Shown piece after piece: positions 42,772 to 53,398 of a stretch of DNA of 64,000 nt. Within the stretch, counting starts at the first letter, position 1; every line of letters starts with the position of its first letter. The stretch comes from Myxococcota bacterium (GTDB lineage: Bacteria > Myxococcota_A > UBA796 > UBA2385), in the NCBI GenBank assembly GCA_044344255.1, contig JBIJDH010000002.1, positions 352,001-416,000 of the forward strand. Direction: 5' to 3'. The notes below the pieces were generated by a model. The model had not been told where the DNA came from. It saw only the letters and a program-made list of their open reading frames with translations, and searched no databases. The translations under genes were made by a program, and so were the position numbers.

Positions 42772-45294
42772 TCAGAGATCGATGTGACCGGCGTTGCCGT
42801 ACTGGTCCACCACGTCGATGGACACGACGACCCCTTGGGGCACGGTGGGGGTGAACCAGCTCACCCCGCCGCTCACGGTCGCCTCGGGGGCGGCGCTCTC
42901 GGTGGTGCCGTCGTCCAGGGTCCAGGTGATCGTGGCTTCATGGACCGGGTTGTTGCCCTTGGAGGCTCCATCCTTGTCGATCAGCCGGTAGCCGGCGCTG
43001 GGGCCGGGGAGGCTCGCGCCCAGCGACACGCCGTCCCACGTCAAGGTCAGCGTGGCGGGCACCACCTCGAAGGGCTCGCTCGTCAGCTCGTAGTCGGTGG
43101 TCGCCCAGGGCCAGGTGGTCGATCCACCGGCATAACTCTTGCCGTAGACGTGGAGCCGGTAGGTGCCGGTGGGCAGGCCGGCGCGGTCGCGCACGTGGTC
43201 GACCACCTGCCAGGCGGCCCACCATGCGTGGCTCTGGGGGTCGTCCCAGGGGTAGAGCGGGTCGGGGGTGTGGGCGACCAGGATGTCGGCGGAGGCGGTG
43301 TTGAGCTCGCGACCGGCGGCGGTGGTGAGCTCGACCCAGGCGTCCCCCTCGAGGCGCTCAACGCGCACGTCGGGGAGGTCTACGCCCGGGTCGCCTCCCT
43401 CCCACACCAGCTGGGCGATGCCCTGCACACGAGGCAGCACGGCCGCTGGCTGGAGCTCGACGGTGAGGCCCGGCAGCGGCTGGTACAGGTACTCCGGCGT
43501 GGCCTCGACCAGGGTGCCGGCGAGCGGCGTCGCGTCGGGCGCGTCGGTGGGCAGCGCCCGCTCGGCGTACTCGGTGCTCGGATAGTCGCCCCACGGATCC
43601 TCGGGCTCGATGACGTCGTTCATCAGCCACTTTTCGGTGAGCTCAAGCACACCTTCCAGGATGTGCTCGGCCTGCAGCGGCCCCCAGATGTTGATGCTCG
43701 ACTCGTAGCCGCCGAGCAGCCAGTCTTCGGGGATGAGCAGGTAGCCCTCGTGATCCTGGGAGTAGCCGAAGGGGATGGCGTGATCGATCCCCAGCTCGGC
43801 CTTGGCACGGCGGCGGAACTGCTCGGTGTACAGCGCCGTCACCTCGCCGGGGAAGAAGGCCAGCAGCACGTCGTCGGTGACCTCGGTGCCGTCGTCCTGG
43901 AGGATGGGGAGGGGCCCGATGCGGCTCGCCGAGACCGTGGCGCGGAGGCTCTCGGGCAAGGGGACGATCATCTCGTCCTCTTCCAGATCGAAGAAGGCCC
44001 GGATGACGTTGGCGATGACCCCCACCTCGATGCACGAGCTGTAGGGCTGGACGTCGCTGCCGATCGACACGCCGGGGATGAGCGGGAAGTCTTCGCCGCA
44101 GAAGGCGCCGCCGGTGCTTGTGTTGAACTCGTCGATGGGAGAGAGGATCTCGCCGCTGGCGCCGTAGATCACGTCGTCGGGGAGCTGACCTTCGACGTAG
44201 GGGGCGTAGCGGAGGTCGAGCGTGCCGCCGCGGGTGACCGCGATGTTGTCGCGGGAGGTGTCGATGCCGTGCGTGATGGTGTCGAGGCGGATCGGGGCGC
44301 TCGAGGTGGGGGTGCGGCTCCACAGATCGACGATCGTGGGCGCGGCGTACTCGCCGAGGCTCTCGATGTTGGCGAAGCCCTCGTCGGTGCCAGAGGGGGA
44401 GGCGTCACCTCCGCCGTGCTGGAGGTAGCCGGCGATGATCGGCTGATCGAATTGCTCCTCGACCGCCGCCTCGACGCCGCCCGAGGCGTCGCTCGACCAC
44501 ATCTCGTTGTCGCCGCCGAGCACGGTGCCGTGCATCCCGAAGGCGAAGAAGAAGCCGATCGGCGCGCCCGCCGCCGTGTCTACGCGGAGGATGGTGAGAT
44601 ACGGATCTTTGTAGGGGCCGGGCGGGATGTCAGAGAAGAAGCCCAGGTTGTCATTCTGGTCTCGCCGATCGTGGTAGACCTTGTTCTCCGGATCCCAGTC
44701 CTTGGCCTGACCGATGCCGATCGCGGCGGGGACCCGGGAGTCAAAGGCCTCCATCGACACGTCGACCAGGGACTCGAGCAGGCGCTCGTAGACCTCCTCG
44801 TTGAAGCGGTCTCCTCCGAGGTACCAGGTCACGCCGTCGTTGTAGTTGGCCGGCGCGTTGTGGCTGTGGTTCGCCGACAGGGTGACCTTGCCCCGGAGGT
44901 CGTGGCCGCTCTCTTCGCTCAGACGATCGCCCAGATCGCGGGTGAGCTTGTCGAAGGAATAGATCGCGTCGAAACGGATCATCACCAGATCTTGCTGACC
45001 GTTCTCCAGCCACAGCGCCACGGCCTTCGGCTGCATATGCACGCCGGCCGAAGGGTTGAAGTTCTCGATGTAGGCGCTCTGGCGCTTATCGACCTCTCCC
45101 GCGTTCCCGAAACAGTTGCAGCGCCCGGTGTACCCGCCAAGTGGGGCCCCGACCGGGTAGTCGAGGTAGGCCTCGGCCATGCCGGCGATCGGGGCGCCGG
45201 GCGTGATGGCGGCGACTGAACGATCTCCCTTCGGGTTCGGTTCACCCCCGCAGCTGGTGACCAGGGCGGGGAGGAGCAGCCAGGTTCGGCGCAT
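42772..45294 (-). CDS. neutral/alkaline ceramidase-family lipoprotein
   Basis: Lipobox VTSC; SANHSHNAP, FGMHGTVL, SSD..G, GGDASP, FPGE.T, GYSQDHEGY, GGYE. Confidence 0.8.
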   Translation of the reverse strand: MRRTWLLLPALVTSCGGEPNPKGDRSVAAITPGAPIAGMAEAYLDYPVGAPLGGYTGRCNCFGNAGEVDKRQSAYIENFNPSAGVHMQPKAVALWLENGQQDLVMIRFDAIYSFDKLTRDLGDRLSEESGHDLRGKVTLSANHSHNAPANYNDGVTWYLGGDRFNEEVYERLLESLVDVSMEAFDSRVPAAIGIGQAKDWDPENKVYHDRRDQNDNLGFFSDIPPGPYKDPYLTILRVDTAAGAPIGFFFAFGMHGTVLGGDNEMWSSDASGGVEAAVEEQFDQPIIAGYLQHGGGDASPSGTDEGFANIESLGEYAAPTIVDLWSRTPTSSAPIRLDTITHGIDTSRDNIAVTRGGTLDLRYAPYVEGQLPDDVIYGASGEILSPIDEFNTSTGGAFCGEDFPLIPGVSIGSDVQPYSSCIEVGVIANVIRAFFDLEEDEMIVPLPESLRATVSASRIGPLPILQDDGTEVTDDVLLAFFPGEVTALYTEQFRRRAKAELGIDHAIPFGYSQDHEGYLLIPEDWLLGGYESSINIWGPLQAEHILEGVLELTEKWLMNDVIEPEDPWGDYPSTEYAERALPTDAPDATPLAGTLVEATPEYLYQPLPGLTVELQPAAVLPRVQGIAQLVWEGGDPGVDLPDVRVERLEGDAWVELTTAAGRELNTASADILVAHTPDPLYPWDDPQSHAWWAAWQVVDHVRDRAGLPTGTYRLHVYGKSYAGGSTTWPWATTDYELTSEPFEVVPATLTLTWDGVSLGASLPGPSAGYRLIDKDGASKGNNPVHEATITWTLDDGTTESAAPEATVSGGVSWFTPTVPQGVVVSIDVVDQYGNAGHIDL

Positions 45295-45326
45295 GAGGAC
45301 CTCGGCGAAGGGGCCGAGAGGATATC

Positions 45327-46814
<1,488 letters not shown>

Positions 46815-46973
46815 CGTCGCTCCGGCGCGCCTCCGCAGAGGTCGGACATTACAGGAGGCCCGGTAGAGCGCGCGTCAGAACACGGGCGAGGCGAGGATGC
46901 AAGCGGCACCGTGCGCGGCGCCGGCGGTGGTACCTGCAGCGGCTACGGCGGAGGCGCGGGGAGGGGAGGGTAG

Positions 46974-48656
46974 ATGACGGATGAGCCAGAGATCCGGAGG
47001 TCGAGGAGTCGCTGGGCCCTCCGCTCGATCCTGCTGTTCGTGGCGGTGGGGGCCTTCACGATCTGGCCCCAGGGGGCGGGCTCGATGTGGGGGTCCCCGC
47101 TGGGAGAGACCGACAACCACTGGTGGATGTTCTGGTGGGCGTTGGAGCGGCTCGGGGGCGGTGGCGCGGGCCTCGTCAACGCGCCCAGGGGGCTCGATCT
47201 CGCGCTGATGGACCCTGTCAACGCCCCTTGGTTCCTCCTCGGCTCCCCCTTCGGCCCGGTGGCGGCCTGGCGGGTGATGCTCGTGGGCAACCTCGTGTTG
47301 GCCGCGGCTGGCGGCTGGGTGCTGGCGCGCCGCTTCGTGGGGCCCGAGGCGGCCCTCGTCGGGGCGGCGGCGATGGGGACGGCGCCCTGGCTGCTCGGCG
47401 TGGTCGACTTCGGCATCACCGAGAGCTGGCCGATCGGGTGGTTGGCCCTCCACGCGGGCCTGCTGATCGGCTTCGCCCGCGGGCGGCCCGCGCGCTGGGC
47501 CCTCGGCGCTGGGATCTGCCTCGGCTTCGCGGCCCTCTCGGGCTGGTACATGGCGACCCTGGCCCTGGGGATCGAGCTCGCCCTCGTGCCGGCCTTGCTC
47601 CTGCGCCATCGGAGGCCGGGGGTGGTCGGGCAAGGCCTCGTCGCGCTCGGGATGGTCCTCCCCTCCTTCCTGCACTTCCAAGGGAAAATGGGCGCCTGGG
47701 AGGCCCGATGGCGGCCTCCCTCGCCGGGGCCGCCTGGGCCGCGGGGGGACTGGGCCGAGCTGCCGATCTTCGGCACCGACCTCCTCAACCTCGTGCTGCC
47801 CCACCCCGGGGACGTGCTCCCGTCGAAGAGCGCCTACCTCGGGCTCGTCGTGGTCGCCCTGGCCGTCATCGGCCTGGTTCGCCGAAGGAGGGCCGGGCTC
47901 CTCCTGGCGGCCCTCGCCCTGCCTTCGGCCCTGCTCGCCCTCGGCTACTGGCCGACCGTCGGGGGCAAGGCCCTCGGCTTCCCGGGCCCGGCCTGGCTCC
48001 TGGCGCGGCTGGTGCCGGCGATGGAGGGGATGAGCCACTGGGAGCGGGCGGTGGGCGGCGTGGTGCCGTTCGTGGCCGCCGCCGCCGCGCTCGGGGCGGA
48101 GGGCTGGGTGCGGGGCCGCTGGGGTCGGGCAGCGCTGCTCGTCAGCTTGATCGCCCTCGACGGCGCCTGGCTCTCGGCGACCCCTTGGCCCCGCTCTACC
48201 TATGATCCTTCCCCGCCGCAGGGCCTCGCCGAGCTCCCCGGTGGCGGCGGAGTGGTGCTCCTGCCCTTCGACAATGGGCGCGCGCCCTTCTCCACCGATC
48301 CCGCCCGCCTCTACAATCGCTGGCAGGTGATGATCGACCGACCGATCTCGGAGAACTATGAGGGGGTGGACGCGCTGCTCGAGGCCTCTGCCCTCGTGTC
48401 CGCCGCCGACGCCGCCTGCGCCGTGCCGACCACGCTCCCGCCCTACTACCAGCCTGACCCCGCGCGCCGGGGTCTGCCGGCTCCCGACGGCGCCGCGCTG
48501 GTGGAGGCCATCCAATCGCTCAAAGGCTGGGGATACCAATGGATCTACCTCTCGAGATCTCGCTGCAGGGTGCCGGCCAACAGCATCCAGCTCCTCGACG
48601 CTCGGCTCGGCCCCGGGCAGCGCCTCGCGGGGGGCGACGTCGCCTGGGCCCTTTGA
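46974..48656 (+). CDS. polytopic membrane protein, GT-C-like glycosyltransferase candidate
   Basis: GETDNHWW first loop, NAP.G, many TMs, periplasmic C-terminal domain (VVLLP...Q..IDRPI). Confidence 0.6.
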   Translation: MTDEPEIRRSRSRWALRSILLFVAVGAFTIWPQGAGSMWGSPLGETDNHWWMFWWALERLGGGGAGLVNAPRGLDLALMDPVNAPWFLLGSPFGPVAAWRVMLVGNLVLAAAGGWVLARRFVGPEAALVGAAAMGTAPWLLGVVDFGITESWPIGWLALHAGLLIGFARGRPARWALGAGICLGFAALSGWYMATLALGIELALVPALLLRHRRPGVVGQGLVALGMVLPSFLHFQGKMGAWEARWRPPSPGPPGPRGDWAELPIFGTDLLNLVLPHPGDVLPSKSAYLGLVVVALAVIGLVRRRRAGLLLAALALPSALLALGYWPTVGGKALGFPGPAWLLARLVPAMEGMSHWERAVGGVVPFVAAAAALGAEGWVRGRWGRAALLVSLIALDGAWLSATPWPRSTYDPSPPQGLAELPGGGGVVLLPFDNGRAPFSTDPARLYNRWQVMIDRPISENYEGVDALLEASALVSAADAACAVPTTLPPYYQPDPARRGLPAPDGAALVEAIQSLKGWGYQWIYLSRSRCRVPANSIQLLDARLGPGQRLAGGDVAWAL

Positions 48657-50239
48657 TGGCCACAGCGCGGTCGTCCGCGCTCCCGGTGGTGCTTTCGGTC
48701 CTGCTGGCCGCCTGCCGTGGCGGCGACGAGCCCAAGTCCGGAGCGGGAGGCCGCGGCGATGACGCCGGCGACGGCGGGGACGGCGGGGACGCCGGGGACG
48801 GCGGGGACGGCGGGGACGGCGGTGGCGGAGACAGCGGTGCGATCACCTCGCCGGGCCCGATCATCGTGGCGGGCGGCGGAACGGAGGGGGAGGTGGGTGA
48901 GCCCGAGGCCTGGAGCGCGCGACTCTACGCGCACCTCCTGGACGCAGGTGATGTCAGCGGCGACGGCCGCGTGGAGGTGCTGGTGCTCAGCGCCGCCGAG
49001 GAGTCCGAGTGGATCCCCGAATACCTCGTGTCCCTCGGGGCGGACGGGGCGGAGAACCTCCGCGTCTCCACCCGGGAGGCGGCAGACGACGAGGCCCTGA
49101 ACGATCGTTTCGCCGCCGCAGACGCCGTCTTCATCAAGGGGGGCGACCAGGGTGAGTATTACGATCTCTGGAACGACCGCGCGGTGGAGGCGGGCATCCG
49201 CGCCGTCCGAGAGGCGGGCGGCGGCCTCGGCGGGACCAGCGCCGGGGCGATGTCCCTCGCAGGCTTCGCGCTCGCCGGCGGCCGAGATCTGATCAGCAGC
49301 GATGTCCTCGCCGACGCCTGCACCCGCTACCTCGACGACCAGACCGACGGCGGCAGCGCGATCCACCCCGACTTCCTCGACGCTGTGCCGGGCACCCTCA
49401 TCGACACCCACTTCACCGAGCGTGGCCGGCTCGGTCGCCTCACCGGGGCCCTGGCCCGAGCGGTCGAAGACAGCGGCGATGCCTCGATCCTCGGCGTGGG
49501 CCTCGAGCAGCAGACCGGCCTGTGGATCGAAGGGGGGCGCGCGACCGTGATCGGGGTCGGCTCGGTGGCCTTCCTCCGCGCCGATCCGAGCGCCCCGCCC
49601 CTTCGGGAGTGTGGTCGGCCGCTCCAGTGGACGGGCCTCTCGCTCGGCGTCCTGACCGATGGGTGGGTTTGGGACCTCACGGCGGGCGGTGTGTTGGAGC
49701 GTCCGAGCGACGCGGTCACGGTGGCCGCCGCGGGGGCGGGCGTCGCGGCGCCGAGCGGCTGGGCAGCGCGGGGAGGCTCGCCGGAGGACGAGGAGAACTT
49801 CGGCCTCGTCGTCGAGCGGGGCGACGCCCCCTTCCGCCTGCGCTCCAGCGCCGCGATGGCACCGTGGGAGGGCGCCTTCGGCCTCCTGGACGCCCACAAC
49901 GAAGACCGCCGCGCGGTCGCACAGGAAGCTGCCTTCGCCGCGCTCGCGGAAGAGCCCAGCGCCGTGGGCTGGCTCGTCGGCGCGGGGAGCCGCCTGGAGG
50001 GGAGCGCCACTATCGCTGTCCGCGCGGGCGACGATCCCGCAGAGGCGCCGCTGTCGGCGTTGATCCTCGACGGGGCCGACCTGCGCGCGACGGGGCGCTC
50101 AGCCACCGTCTCCCCGTACGACGCGGGGGACGGAGGCCTCCACGCGGCCGCCCTGGAGGGGCTCCGCCTCGACGTCCTGTACAGCGACGAAGGCGGGGCC
50201 ACCTATGATCCAGAGGTGCGCCGGGTCGAGTCGCCCTGA
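48656..50239 (+). CDS. cyanophycinase-like (peptidase S51) lipoprotein
   Basis: Lipobox LAAC; AGGG, FIKGGDQ, GGTSAGA (catalytic Ser), IDTHFTERGRLGRL, GVGLEQQT; (GDG)n linker; TGATG overlap. Confidence 0.85.
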   Translation: MATARSSALPVVLSVLLAACRGGDEPKSGAGGRGDDAGDGGDGGDAGDGGDGGDGGGGDSGAITSPGPIIVAGGGTEGEVGEPEAWSARLYAHLLDAGDVSGDGRVEVLVLSAAEESEWIPEYLVSLGADGAENLRVSTREAADDEALNDRFAAADAVFIKGGDQGEYYDLWNDRAVEAGIRAVREAGGGLGGTSAGAMSLAGFALAGGRDLISSDVLADACTRYLDDQTDGGSAIHPDFLDAVPGTLIDTHFTERGRLGRLTGALARAVEDSGDASILGVGLEQQTGLWIEGGRATVIGVGSVAFLRADPSAPPLRECGRPLQWTGLSLGVLTDGWVWDLTAGGVLERPSDAVTVAAAGAGVAAPSGWAARGGSPEDEENFGLVVERGDAPFRLRSSAAMAPWEGAFGLLDAHNEDRRAVAQEAAFAALAEEPSAVGWLVGAGSRLEGSATIAVRAGDDPAEAPLSALILDGADLRATGRSATVSPYDAGDGGLHAAALEGLRLDVLYSDEGGATYDPEVRRVESP

Positions 50240-50253
50240 AACGACCTGTGGCG

Positions 50254-50281
50254 ACCCGACGGACCTACCCGACGGACCTAC
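50254..50281. repeat. 13-bp tandem duplication including the stop codon of the small minus-strand ORF
   Basis: ACCCGACGGACCT x2 (minus strand: TAGGTCCGTCGGG x2). Confidence 0.85.
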
Positions 50282-50436
50282 TTGAGGGCGGCGGGCGAGG
50301 GCATCTCGGCTTCGGCGGTGCCGGAGGCGGTGAGCGCCGACAGCGTCATCCAGCCCGCGGCCAGCAGGAGGAAGAACGTGAAGAGGGGGGAAGTAGCGGT
50401 CTTCTCTTCGTGCTTGACAGTCAGGGACCGGGCCAT
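50278..50436 (-). CDS. 52-aa small membrane/secreted protein (not in the ORF track)
   Basis: MARSLTVKHEEKTATSPLFTFFLLLAAGWMTLSALTASGTAEAEMPSPAALK*; GGAG 6 nt before ATG; GC-ending codons; promoter upstream. Confidence 0.65.
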   Translation of the reverse strand: MARSLTVKHEEKTATSPLFTFFLLLAAGWMTLSALTASGTAEAEMPSPAALK

Positions 50437-50543
50437 TTCAGCTCCAGCGGGGACAGCGGGGGGCGGCGAGGTTCAGCAGCAGCGGTGTTCGAAGGCGGGG
50501 GTTCAGCGGCCGCGGGCGGCGAGCGACTTGGAACGGCGGCCCC

Positions 50544-50572
50544 AGATTACCGACACTCGGTGGACGTGTCAA
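50544..50572 (-). promoter_or_regulatory. sigma-70-type promoter for the small ORF
   Basis: Minus strand TTGACA-17 nt-TAATCT. Confidence 0.65.
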
Positions 50573-50655
50573 GAGGGCCTTCTCCAAGTTACCTGATGTG
50601 CTCCGCGGGCGGCCTTCGCTGGGCTCCGAGCGCTACTCCTGGACGGTGTCTCCGC

Positions 50656-51702
50656 GTGATTGAGGTTCTACACATCCTCTGCGATCTGAACGGCGGGGGG
50701 GCCGAGCGCCTGGTGCTCGACCTCTGCCGGCTTCGATCGAGAGACCTCCGGGTGCGGGTGTTGACCATCCAGCGGGGTGGGTCGCTGGAGGCCGCGTTCG
50801 CCGCGGAGGGAGTGCCGGTCTATTGTGCCGATCGGCCTCGCCGCCACCTCGGGATCCGGGCTCTCGGCCGCGTCCGCGCGCAGCTCCGCGGCGCGGACGT
50901 GGTGCACACCCACCTCTGGGCGGGGGACACCTTCGGTCGCATCGCGGGGCTTCTTGAGCATCATCCGGCTATCGTCAGCACAATTCACAACACCCGGGCC
51001 GATGACACCTGGCGAGGCTGGCTCGATCGGCGCCTGTCGAGGCTCTCCCACCGCCTCGTCGCGGTCAGCGAAGCGGCGGAGGCGGCCTTGATCGAGGGAG
51101 GCTATTCCAAGGCTTCGATGACCCGAATTGGGAACGGGATCGATTTGGGACGATTCTGTGCCGTTCCGTTGGCGCCGGGGCGGCGGGTGCTGGCCGTCGG
51201 GCGACTCACCCGACAGAAGGGCTTTGACGTGCTCATCCGCGCCCTTGCGCGGCTCCCGGACGTTGAGGCTGAGATCGTGGGCGAAGGAGAGGACCGTCCC
51301 TCCCTCGAGGCGCTGATCCGCGAGACGGGCGCGCGGGTGCGGCTCCCAGGCTGGCGGGCCGACCTTGGGCCCCACCTCGCCGCGGCGCAGGTGGTGGTCA
51401 TCCCGAGTCGCTGGGAGGGCTTTGGGCTCTTCGCCGTCGAGGCGATGGCGGCGGGCCGCCCCGTCGTGGCCTCCGCCGTCGACGCGCTGCCCGGCGTGCT
51501 CGGTGAGGCCGGCTGCTTCGTCCCGCCCGACGCTCCGGAGCCCTTGGCGGCTGCCCTGCACGCCCTCTTGGACGATCCCCAAGAGCAGCGGCGCCGCGCC
51601 GCCCTCGGCCTCCTCCGCGCCCCCCGCTTTGACGTCCGCCACACCGTAGCCGCGTACGAGAGCCTGTACCGTAGCCTCGCGCGTCCCCCGACCCGTCGCT
51701 GA
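50656..51702 (+). CDS. glycosyltransferase family 4
   Basis: GGAER, DVVHTH, IGNGID, VGRLTRQKGFD, PSRWEGFGLFAVEAMAAGRPVV; start placed at GTG 50656. Confidence 0.92.
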   Translation: MIEVLHILCDLNGGGAERLVLDLCRLRSRDLRVRVLTIQRGGSLEAAFAAEGVPVYCADRPRRHLGIRALGRVRAQLRGADVVHTHLWAGDTFGRIAGLLEHHPAIVSTIHNTRADDTWRGWLDRRLSRLSHRLVAVSEAAEAALIEGGYSKASMTRIGNGIDLGRFCAVPLAPGRRVLAVGRLTRQKGFDVLIRALARLPDVEAEIVGEGEDRPSLEALIRETGARVRLPGWRADLGPHLAAAQVVVIPSRWEGFGLFAVEAMAAGRPVVASAVDALPGVLGEAGCFVPPDAPEPLAAALHALLDDPQEQRRRAALGLLRAPRFDVRHTVAAYESLYRSLARPPTRR

Positions 51703-51738
51703 GGCCTGTCTTCTCGACGCGCCCGCTCAGGAGAGCTC

Positions 51739-52068
51739 ATGGACAGCTTGAACACGAACAGCCCGAACGATGACGTCCTCGCCCCAGACGTCGAGGCGCG
51801 CGTGGCCGAGCTGCACAGCGCGTTGATGAACACGGTGGACGCGGCCTCTCGCGGTCGAATCCACCTCGAGCTTGGGCGTCACTGCTTGAAGGCGGGCCGC
51901 CTCGAGTCCGCGGTGCGGCACTTCCGCGAGGCGCTCCTGCTCGACACCCGTCTGGACGCCGCTCGATCGCTGCTCCATGAGCTGGGCGAGGGCTCGCGTC
52001 TCCAGGAGGGCCGCGCCGGTCAGCGTCGGTCGGCGGTCAAGGCGCTGCTCGGCCGTCTGCGTCGCTGA
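51739..52068 (+). CDS. small TPR-containing protein
   Basis: IHLELGRHCLKAGRLESAVRHFREALLLD; AGGAG RBS. Confidence 0.75.
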   Translation: MDSLNTNSPNDDVLAPDVEARVAELHSALMNTVDAASRGRIHLELGRHCLKAGRLESAVRHFREALLLDTRLDAARSLLHELGEGSRLQEGRAGQRRSAVKALLGRLRR

Positions 52069-52078
52069 ACGGTGTCGC

Positions 52079-53236
52079 TCAGTCGAGCTTGACGCCCTTT
52101 TCTTCCTGAGTCTTGACCTCGTAGCCCCGCTCCGCCCACTGCTTTGAGACGGACTGAACCCAGGCCTCGATCTCCTTGGAGCCGCTCACCGGGTTGGGGG
52201 TGATGGCCACGGGCCAGCCGCCCTCCTCGAGGGTGCACTTGGCCAGCTTCGGCTTCGCGGCGCGCATCGGCACATCGAGCGAGGAGAGCACGTTCCAGCG
52301 CTTGCCGGGCTCGGTCACGGTCGCGTAGTGCACGACCGCGGTCTTCACGCCCTTGCAGTCACCGGCCTCGACGGCGGCCCCACCGTAGAGGAAGGACCCG
52401 CCCGACTGGACGAGCTTGGGGTAGATGCTCGGCAGGAGGCGCGCCGCTGCGGCCTCGGAGCCCGCGGAGGCCAGGCGGTCTGCGACGGCCTTGGACTTCT
52501 CGGGGGCGACACCCTTTGCGATCTCGATGAGCGCCTTCTCGAGGGCCTGCTGGTTCTCCGTCGTCATCGACTCGCCGAGGCCTGGGGCCACGGCGGAGTC
52601 CATCTGGAGCAGGATGGCGTCAAACGGCCCAGCGTTCGCGGCTTTGATCGCAGACTTCGAGAGGGGGCCAAGGGCTGCGGGGCCGACCTTCTTGACGTAG
52701 ACCTCGAGCAGGGCGTTGAACTTCTCGTCGAACATCTTGTCCGGCGGGGCCTCCACCTGCTGGGTGAGCCACTTCGTGAGGTCTTCACTCTCACAGGCGC
52801 GGAAGGCGTCGTCCCACTGCTTGAAGTCGATGTCGCGGAGGCCGAAGTAGGCGCCCTGGAGGAAGCTCACCACCTTGGGCTCGGTGGTGCAGGCGGCGCC
52901 GATGCGCTGGGCGACCTCGTCGCGGGCCTCGTAAGACGAGATCTTGCCGAGCTCGCCCCAGACCGGGTTCCACACCTCGAAGCGCACCGCCGCCATCGAG
53001 AGCTCGACGAGCGCGTCGGAGTCGGTCGCGCCAGCGAGGAGCTTCAAATACTGCTCTTCGGCGATGCTGGTGTCGCACTTCGCGAGGTCGGCGAACGCTG
53101 CACCGATCGCGATTCCCTTGGCGCTCTCCGCCTTCTTGACTTGGGCATCACACTTCCCCGCCTGAGCGGGGGAGGTGGACATCAAAAGGCCGAAGGCCAG
53201 CGTGAGCATGACACTCCTCGGAAACGGGTCGGGCAT
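52079..53236 (-). CDS. secreted hypothetical protein (helical, Cys pairs)
   Basis: Signal peptide ending AQA; coding-like composition. Confidence 0.7.
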   Translation of the reverse strand: MPDPFPRSVMLTLAFGLLMSTSPAQAGKCDAQVKKAESAKGIAIGAAFADLAKCDTSIAEEQYLKLLAGATDSDALVELSMAAVRFEVWNPVWGELGKISSYEARDEVAQRIGAACTTEPKVVSFLQGAYFGLRDIDFKQWDDAFRACESEDLTKWLTQQVEAPPDKMFDEKFNALLEVYVKKVGPAALGPLSKSAIKAANAGPFDAILLQMDSAVAPGLGESMTTENQQALEKALIEIAKGVAPEKSKAVADRLASAGSEAAAARLLPSIYPKLVQSGGSFLYGGAAVEAGDCKGVKTAVVHYATVTEPGKRWNVLSSLDVPMRAAKPKLAKCTLEEGGWPVAITPNPVSGSKEIEAWVQSVSKQWAERGYEVKTQEEKGVKLD

Positions 53237-53398
53237 CTACCGGGTTCTCGGCGCGGCGTCGAGGTCGGTCGGGTACAGCGACACGCGGTCTGCTTGGGAT
53301 CGTCCGCGCCCCGGTTCCGCCTGAAGGGCGGGCACCGAGCGGAGGGTGGGATAGAGCCGCTGCCCTTCGGCACCCGGCACGAGCTCCGAGCAGCGAAC

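Noticed and set aside
48761..48825. 9-bp GACGGCGGG repeats as a DNA-level element
   Set aside because: Explained as the in-frame (Asp-Gly-Gly)n linker of the lipoprotein.
50248..50655. N-terminal extension of the GT4 ORF
   Set aside because: Occupied by the minus-strand small ORF and its promoter; GT4 motifs start at about 50656.
52328..53398. N-terminal extension of sucA (1293-aa ORF)
   Set aside because: Mostly overlaps a real minus-strand gene; SucA homology begins near ATG 53399.
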